Below the pieces are notes generated by a model that ran no database searches, had not been told where the DNA came from, and saw only the letters and a program-made list of their open reading frames with translations. Positions 58,354-64,000 of a DNA stretch of 64,000 nucleotides are shown one piece after another. Both the position numbers and the translations under genes were made by a program. Source of the stretch: a virus (taxonomy: Duplodnaviria > Heunggongvirae > Uroviricota > Caudoviricetes); IMG/VR virus record IMGVR_UViG_3300033069_001798, positions 64,001-128,000 of that record; one strand, written 5' to 3'. Position 1 is the stretch's first letter. The number at the start of each line of letters is the position of its first letter.

Positions 58354-59067
58354 TAACAACGGGAACGGAATGTTAAATTGCTTCTCGAACTCTTGAGCAG
58401 TCATGTGTTTCACGCTAAGTTTGTTCATGACAGATTCAACCGTTGCACCTGGGTGCTTCAGCTCATCCTGAAACTTCTTTGACGCTAGCAACGCGTTGGC
58501 CACGGTTTGGACTTGCTCATTAGTACCGCGAAGTTTGACGTTGACAGCTTTACCCACCAACCACGCTCCAACCGTAGCAAAGAAGATCTTACCGAGCAAA
58601 TTTGTCTTCAATTCGTTGATAACTTTTGACTCAGACATCTTCTCTTTTCCTTTAACGTTCTTCTCTATGTATGCAGCTGCTCGATTAAGGATACCAACAT
58701 CTCTGCTGTTACCGTCTGATACAAACAGTTCTTGCGCTTCATCAAGAGTGCAGCATCTCACTTCTTCCATCTCATAATCATGAGCACCGACCGGACCGGT
58801 TCTGACCATCATGAAGTAGTGCGTGATGCTGTACGACCCAACACCAGTTCCAAGCGAACCGTTCGGAAGCATCTTGGCTGGAACGCCTGCCTCTTCTTGA
58901 ACTTCGCGGAGCGCAGTTTCTTCTAGACCTTCGCCAGCATCAACTCTTCCTTTTGGAAAAGTCCACGGACCGTAATTGTTAGACGGCTTGCAAACGTACA
59001 CTCGATACGGTTCTTCAAGCGAATCTAGAACAACACCGCCTGCAGACGTCCACTTCTCGTTCGGCAT
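58354..59067 (-). CDS. NUDIX hydrolase fused to a small phage-conserved domain; ends at TTA 58354-58356
   Basis: Nudix box GRVDAGEGLEETALREVQEEAG; C-domain ends EFEKQFNIPFPL. Confidence 0.8.
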
Positions 59068-59080
59068 GATGTAAGTATCA

Positions 59081-59360
59081 TCAAGTGAAACGTCTGAGCC
59101 TTGAAGGTACCTGCGCACGCTGACGACCTTGCATCGCCCTTACTTCTGGCGTGTTCTGGTGCAAAGCTTTTGTGGGTGGTGGTTCATCGTCACCGCCCTT
59201 ATTGATCTCTTTAACGATCCTCTCGATCAGCCATCTCTTGTAGGCGACTGGCATGTTGTACGTTTCCGTCCACGTGCAGCCGCCGTAGTAAAGACACAAG
59301 AACGCAGGCTCAAGTATGAGCTGTTCTTTATCTTCCGGCCGAAGGCCAAAGAAAGTTGAC
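59081..59360 (-). CDS. tail assembly chaperone second (frameshift) segment
   Basis: Open frame FFGLRPEDKEQLILEPAFLCLYYGG..YNMPVAYKRWLIERI overlapping the end of 59328..60191, with no good own start. Confidence 0.6.
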
Positions 59361-60191
59361 GCCTAGCGGCATCTGTACCTCCTCTTCGTGATCGCATGAA
59401 GGGCAAGAAGTTTCTTGCCTCATCTCAATGCCTGGCTCGTGATCCTTGATGTAATTACGAAGCGTCAAGGAATCTCGTGCTGGCATTGACCTGACAAACC
59501 CTGCGATCTTGGAACGATCATCGATGCCATCAATCGAGACGATAGAGTACAGCAAGTTGCTGGTGACAGTTGCATCAGACGCAAGACCAAGCTTCTTCTG
59601 CTTCTCAGCAGTTGCTGACATGTCTTCTTCATCCTTACCGGTGATGAACTTGAAGTGAACCATCTTCCTGCTGACTGGTAGGAGGCATGCAAACAAGTTC
59701 GTTCCTTGAACGACTGGTTCGATCGTCAACCTCTTGATCGGAAGACGAGAAAGATCAAACTGGCGAGAAGCCTTCGTGCCGCATTCCGGACACTCTAGCT
59801 CTGCATCGTACTCAGCGCCATAACCAGTGATTCTGATCGCGACCATCAACGCATTGCGGTCACCAGACAACATGTCACGTGGATCGACAGACTTGTCAAC
59901 AAGGCATGACTTGATCAGTTCAGTGATCACAGTTCCCTTCTTCAAGAGAGCTTTGCTAGTGAGAATATCCTCTTCCCGAGCCGTCATCGACTTGATATCA
60001 ACAGTCTCTTTGCCGTGCAAAGGTGATGACGTTGGGTACGTCAGGCCGGCGCTGGGCAGGGGCACTGTTTCAACTGGAATGTCTAGACCGAAATCCGCCT
60101 TCACCTTTTCGGCAGCAGTCGTCGTAGGAATTCGTGGATCTACAGCGGCGCCTCTAAAAATTTCGTTCTTTACTTCGCGATCTTCTGACAT
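59328..60191 (-). CDS. T4 gp26-like baseplate hub / tail assembly chaperone
   Basis: LPSAGLTY, MTAREEDIL, GDRNALMVAIR..GYG, CPEC, CPSC, NFLWP. Confidence 0.75.
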   Translation of the reverse strand: MSEDREVKNEIFRGAAVDPRIPTTTAAEKVKADFGLDIPVETVPLPSAGLTYPTSSPLHGKETVDIKSMTAREEDILTSKALLKKGTVITELIKSCLVDKSVDPRDMLSGDRNALMVAIRITGYGAEYDAELECPECGTKASRQFDLSRLPIKRLTIEPVVQGTNLFACLLPVSRKMVHFKFITGKDEEDMSATAEKQKKLGLASDATVTSNLLYSIVSIDGIDDRSKIAGFVRSMPARDSLTLRNYIKDHEPGIEMRQETSCPSCDHEEEVQMPLGVNFLWPSAGR

Positions 60192-60261
60192 GTGTTATTC
60201 CTTCGTCTTATTCTACTTTGCAATACTTGCAGCGTAAATAAAGACGTGGCACACGTTCAAC

Positions 60262-60555
60262 CTATTCTAGGTACGCGAACTTCAAATCTGAACTTCCAGA
60301 CAGCACAAAGACCACGGACGATTCATCTGATCCCAACTTTTTCAGCGTCTCTTTTGGTGCTGGTTTGATGAGCTGAGCTTCAACGAAGCATTGCAGCAAC
60401 TCTTCTGTCTTCTTCAACGACAGACCGGTCTCTATCGAGATCTCGCCGAGGTACACTGGCCTTGACTTACGGTGAAAGTAACGCATGATGCGATCAATCA
60501 ACGCTTGAGAATCACTGTAACACTTAGCCCAACCCGGCAGCACAACATCACTCAT
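60262..60555 (-). CDS. small winged-helix-like protein
   Basis: LGEISIETGLSLKKTEELLQ HTH-like segment. Confidence 0.45.
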   Translation of the reverse strand: MSDVVLPGWAKCYSDSQALIDRIMRYFHRKSRPVYLGEISIETGLSLKKTEELLQCFVEAQLIKPAPKETLKKLGSDESSVVFVLSGSSDLKFAYLE

Positions 60556-62213
60556 TCATTCTTCTCCTCAATTTTCAGCTCTAGTATTTGATTACCACAT
60601 CCCCAAATCGCTACAACGCCAGCGTTCTTCGCTGCATCTATTTGTGTCAAACCCGAAGATGCATCAGCTTTTACAGCAAAACGATTCAAGCGATTCTTGT
60701 AGTCTGTCCACCAAAATCTTGGACTTGAACTGGAGATGAGCTTAAAGCCGGCTTTTTCGTATCCAGAACCATCCCCTATGCGAAGATCAACGTAAGACAG
60801 CAGGCGAGCAGCACCTTTGCTTTTCGCCCACGTTATAGCAACTTTAAGCAACTTAGAAAGAGCTCCTGGAACGGTTATGTTCATCAGGTTGCAGAACCTG
60901 CCAACTTCGTATGCATCTCTATAACGTGCATGAAAAGGTCGACGAAGTGATAGCGCGGAAACAAGCTCACCATTGTAAAACAATCCCCACGAAGCAGAAG
61001 AATTGCAATCATTTTCAAGGTGATTAGCATTCATGAATTGCTTTCTTTGTTGAACTGTAAGTGCTTTCACTTCACACTTACGTGCACCAATTACTTTTGA
61101 AGATGTTCCAAGCCTGTAAGCTATCATTGATTTCACAAGTTCTTGCTTGTCTCGCCATTCATCTTCAAATATGTGAAGAAGCTTTACTCCAACATTCAAT
61201 GCAGCATCATGCTTCTTTTGGCTTCTTTTCTTGTCGCTATCGATAATTTCACTGTGCCAATAAAGACCATCATACTCAATTCCGAACTTCTTCGAAGGAA
61301 CAAACACATCAATCTCTTTTGGTGAGATTACAGTTCTATCAGAAAGCACTGCATCAGGCGCCAAGGATCGAACGTAATCGTATATTTCGATCTGTGCTTT
61401 GGATTCCTTAGGATGACAGTTAAAGCAAACAGGAACGCTCTTTATCATCATCAAGTTCTTTTTTGATATTTTTCCGCAGGTATTGCACTTAAAGTCAAAT
61501 TTTACATATTTGTTTTTATATGTTGAAGGATCAGACACCAAAGAAAAAGTCTTTTGTTTCGAAATCAATGACAAAAATTCATCAGATGACAATCTTTTTG
61601 AAGGAATAACATGACCCGCTTCAATTTGATGCTTTATTGTGTTTGAAACTGATGCAACTCTTTCATCTGATTCTTTAGTCATACCTTTGTTCCAGACGTT
61701 CAGTTCACCAGTTTGAAATTTCTTCTTTTTTGTGCTTGAGATTTTCGTGGCTGCGGCGACGGCCGCTGCAGGATCTTTTTTGTGCCAATCAATGATCGTT
61801 CCTGACTTATATCCTTCTTTCAAGGAAGTTGATATCTTCTGAGAAGTTATCGCAACTTTCTCAGACGTTTCTTTCGTCAGGCCTTTGTTCCAAGTGCTGT
61901 ACTGGCCACTAGCATAACCATCATGTCTTTTCCTTGCAAATTCCACTTGCTTCTCTGGATTTAGATACACGGAATCGACAACGGCATTGTGTCCACGTTT
62001 GAACTTTGACGTGTAACCCTTCTTCCAACTAGACCAGTTAACGTGTTCGTTGCAACCACAACCACATGTCGGTTTGATCCCACTCAAAATAACATCAACG
62101 TAATGTTGTTCATGGTCAGTGATCCCATGCACATCTGTTAGATGATCTAGGAAACGAAGCTCTTGCCCAAAATCAAGAGAACAGTTCGGACACTTGATAC
62201 GATCGTAGGCCAT
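60552..62213 (-). CDS. Hef/VSR-like homing endonuclease
   Basis: C2H2 finger, CGCGC, WNKGLTKE repeats, EIDVFV..GIEYDGLYWHS, HIFEDEW, RFCN. Confidence 0.85.
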   Translation of the reverse strand: MAYDRIKCPNCSLDFGQELRFLDHLTDVHGITDHEQHYVDVILSGIKPTCGCGCNEHVNWSSWKKGYTSKFKRGHNAVVDSVYLNPEKQVEFARKRHDGYASGQYSTWNKGLTKETSEKVAITSQKISTSLKEGYKSGTIIDWHKKDPAAAVAAATKISSTKKKKFQTGELNVWNKGMTKESDERVASVSNTIKHQIEAGHVIPSKRLSSDEFLSLISKQKTFSLVSDPSTYKNKYVKFDFKCNTCGKISKKNLMMIKSVPVCFNCHPKESKAQIEIYDYVRSLAPDAVLSDRTVISPKEIDVFVPSKKFGIEYDGLYWHSEIIDSDKKRSQKKHDAALNVGVKLLHIFEDEWRDKQELVKSMIAYRLGTSSKVIGARKCEVKALTVQQRKQFMNANHLENDCNSSASWGLFYNGELVSALSLRRPFHARYRDAYEVGRFCNLMNITVPGALSKLLKVAITWAKSKGAARLLSYVDLRIGDGSGYEKAGFKLISSSSPRFWWTDYKNRLNRFAVKADASSGLTQIDAAKNAGVVAIWGCGNQILELKIEEKNE

Positions 62214-62279
62214 GGCATAACTATACCACAGCCTACAAAGTTGTATATTCCAGTTGCAACTGATGTTGCAATCTGTGCT

Positions 62280-62771
62280 TCAGAACTGTAGAACGAAGTT
62301 ATCAGCTCTGATCGTTAGAGAAATTTCTCCTGGTCCACCGTCTTCATATGTCAATTCACCGAAGTTGACTTCAGTGCAGAATGCACCTTTGACATCCCAT
62401 AGTTCGACTACTGTACCGACAGGATCCAACATCTTAAGCTGGATATCTCTCTTGTAGAAGTCAGCGTAACCAGCACGGCCGGACACGCTCTCGTAGCACG
62501 TTCTGATCCACTCCATGACCTGCTGCGCGCCGGATGGTGCGATCGGATCATAGAGAGTCACAGCGATCGTGTTAAACTTCGTCTTGCCGGCGAGGTAACG
62601 GTGAGAGTTGATGAATGGAATCTCAACTTCTTCCGTCGTCACCGTCGGACGAGCTGCTGTTTTAATCAGGTATGCATCGATACCTTCGATCATCAAGACG
62701 AAACGATTTTTACGCTTTGGCTCGAATTTGTTCGGAATCATTGACGAAACGTCTAGTGTCTCTGCTGGCAT
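62280..62771 (-). CDS. tail tube protein (T4 gp19-like)
   Basis: FEPKRKNRF, ARP, YLAGK..F..I.VTLYDPI, QQVMEW, YKRDI, W.VKGAF. Confidence 0.88.
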   Translation of the reverse strand: MPAETLDVSSMIPNKFEPKRKNRFVLMIEGIDAYLIKTAARPTVTTEEVEIPFINSHRYLAGKTKFNTIAVTLYDPIAPSGAQQVMEWIRTCYESVSGRAGYADFYKRDIQLKMLDPVGTVVELWDVKGAFCTEVNFGELTYEDGGPGEISLTIRADNFVLQF

Positions 62772-62878
62772 GGTACTTTCCTTCTAAACCACTGTTGGTG
62801 TTAAACAAATATCAGCATGGATAACTTTAGAACAAACTAAAAATTACTTTCTGTTGAGCAATGGATACTATAGAATAG

Positions 62879-64000
62879 ATGAAACCTAATGAACGAACAT
62901 GTCCGTCATGTTCACAAATCATAGAACATGCAAATGATGCTGCAGCCCGAGGCGCAGCCAAGAAGAACAAACCATGCAGAGCTTGCATGTACGCTATTAG
63001 AAAGAATCCAGCTGCGGCTAACTGTCCGTTCTGCGAATTCACCACAAAGAAGCTAACTGCGTTCGATGAACACATGAAGTCATTGCACTCTATGACGACA
63101 AAAGATGCTTGGGATAAGGTCAACAACGGACCGATCAAGTGTAAGTGCGGTTGCGGAGCAGAAACAACTTGGATATCTTGGCACAGCGGTTATAACGGAA
63201 CGTTGAAGGGACACAGTTCGAACATATACGCAGTATACTCCCCAGAAAAAGCTGCTCAAATCTCAGAAAGCAGAAAGAACAAGCTTAGAGGCAAGACAGG
63301 TTGGGCGAAAGGTCTCACTAAAGAAACAGACCCAAGGGTCGCATCAAGAGCAGCATCAACAAGCGCCGGAAGAAAAGCAGCATTTGAAGAAGGTAAGATA
63401 AAGATCTGGTCGAAGGGTCTCACTAAAGAAACAGACGATAGGCTTAAAGCAACTAGCGATAATCTTTCTAGGATGTTTCAAGAAGGACAGTTGGTTCCTT
63501 GGGCAAAAGGTCTCAACAAAGCAAGCAGCGAAAAGATCGCTGCGATGGCAGCAAAAGTTGCTATAACGCACTCAAATAAAAACTTGAGAGAGAAGCTTGA
63601 TGCATCAAAGAGATTGATGTACGAAGAGATAAAAGAGCGAGTTGAATCTCATGGAACGCTTGCGTTGAACATGCCTGATGCATCTTGCTACATCAATGAC
63701 AACGTTCCTAACATAAGCGTGAAGTGCACGCGGTGCTCAAAAGAATGGAACAGCTCGCTGCGGCGCCTTCAATCTGGAAGATGCTGGTCTTGCGATTCGA
63801 CTGGTTCAGTTGCGCAATCTGAAATATATCAGTACGTAAAGAGCAAGAATGTTGCTGTTGATTCTTGTAGGAGAGACGTTCTGCAAGGTCTGGAAATTGA
63901 CATCTACGTTCCGGAACATCGCTTTGGGATCGAGTACAATGGGTTGTACTGGCACAGCGTCATAAACAAGTCTTCTATCTATCACAACAACAAGTCAATC
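62879..64000 (+). CDS. Hef/VSR-like homing endonuclease, paralog of 60552..62213 (truncated at window end; not in track)
   Basis: ATG 62879, frame open to the window end; CPFC..HMKSLH, CKCGCG, WAKGLTKETD repeats, LEIDIYVPE..GIEYNGLYWHS. Confidence 0.85.
   Translation, partial: MKPNERTCPSCSQIIEHANDAAARGAAKKNKPCRACMYAIRKNPAAANCPFCEFTTKKLTAFDEHMKSLHSMTTKDAWDKVNNGPIKCKCGCGAETTWISWHSGYNGTLKGHSSNIYAVYSPEKAAQISESRKNKLRGKTGWAKGLTKETDPRVASRAASTSAGRKAAFEEGKIKIWSKGLTKETDDRLKATSDNLSRMFQEGQLVPWAKGLNKASSEKIAAMAAKVAITHSNKNLREKLDASKRLMYEEIKERVESHGTLALNMPDASCYINDNVPNISVKCTRCSKEWNSSLRRLQSGRCWSCDSTGSVAQSEIYQYVKSKNVAVDSCRRDVLQGLEIDIYVPEHRFGIEYNGLYWHSVINKSSIYHNNKSI

Noticed and set aside
1-64000. Stop-to-sense recoding (TAG=Gln code 15, or TGA=Trp code 4/25)
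   Set aside because: Genes end cleanly at TAG (24841, 12476, 41778, 60262) and TGA, and coding density under code 11 is already high. The only internal TAG/TAA is the dnaE 15-nt gap.
1-64000. Phage-encoded release factor explaining UUA termination
   Set aside because: GGQ occurs only incidentally (PolA domain EAGGQC, TMP AGGQG), and no RF, ArfB or Pth-like ORF is recognisable in this window. It must be sought elsewhere in the genome or host.
1-64000. CRISPR array or IS transposase
   Set aside because: No regularly spaced direct repeats and no DDE or HUH transposase ORF were seen. The TnsA-like domains are stand-alone nuclease modules without terminal repeats.

Overview
This is a 64-kb segment of a large (jumbo-type, T4-superfamily-like) myophage genome, with almost all genes on the minus strand. 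It carries a putative DNA-hypermodification cluster (thymidylate-synthase-like gene, nucleotide-sugar enzymes, glycosyltransferase, kinase) and replication and nucleotide genes (DnaE, PolA-like, 5'-3' exonuclease, DnaB, RecA, gp32-like SSB, class II RNR, ThyX, Tmk, dUTPase). It also has an RNA-repair module (RNA ligase, PNKP, nucleotidyltransferase, coiled-coil protein, two Y-RNA-like permuted tRNA mimics), tail/baseplate genes, and about 12 nuclease genes, mostly homing-endonuclease-like. The strongest unexpected signal is that TTA (UUA) behaves as a fourth stop codon. A manual scan of roughly 10,000 codons found no TTA inside genes, including very AT-rich ones, while TTA sits at the homology-predicted C-terminus of many genes. 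This explains the odd fusions and tails in the supplied ORF track. The second signal is an in-frame 15-nt, stop-containing gap in the PHP motif of dnaE, flanked by matched Ser codons in a hairpin, which looks like a ribosomal-bypass element. Three genes (dnaE, dnaB, dut) are fractured by split inteins with intervening endonucleases. All product calls come from motif recognition by eye; no database searches were run. Gene ends below use TTA as a stop where indicated.
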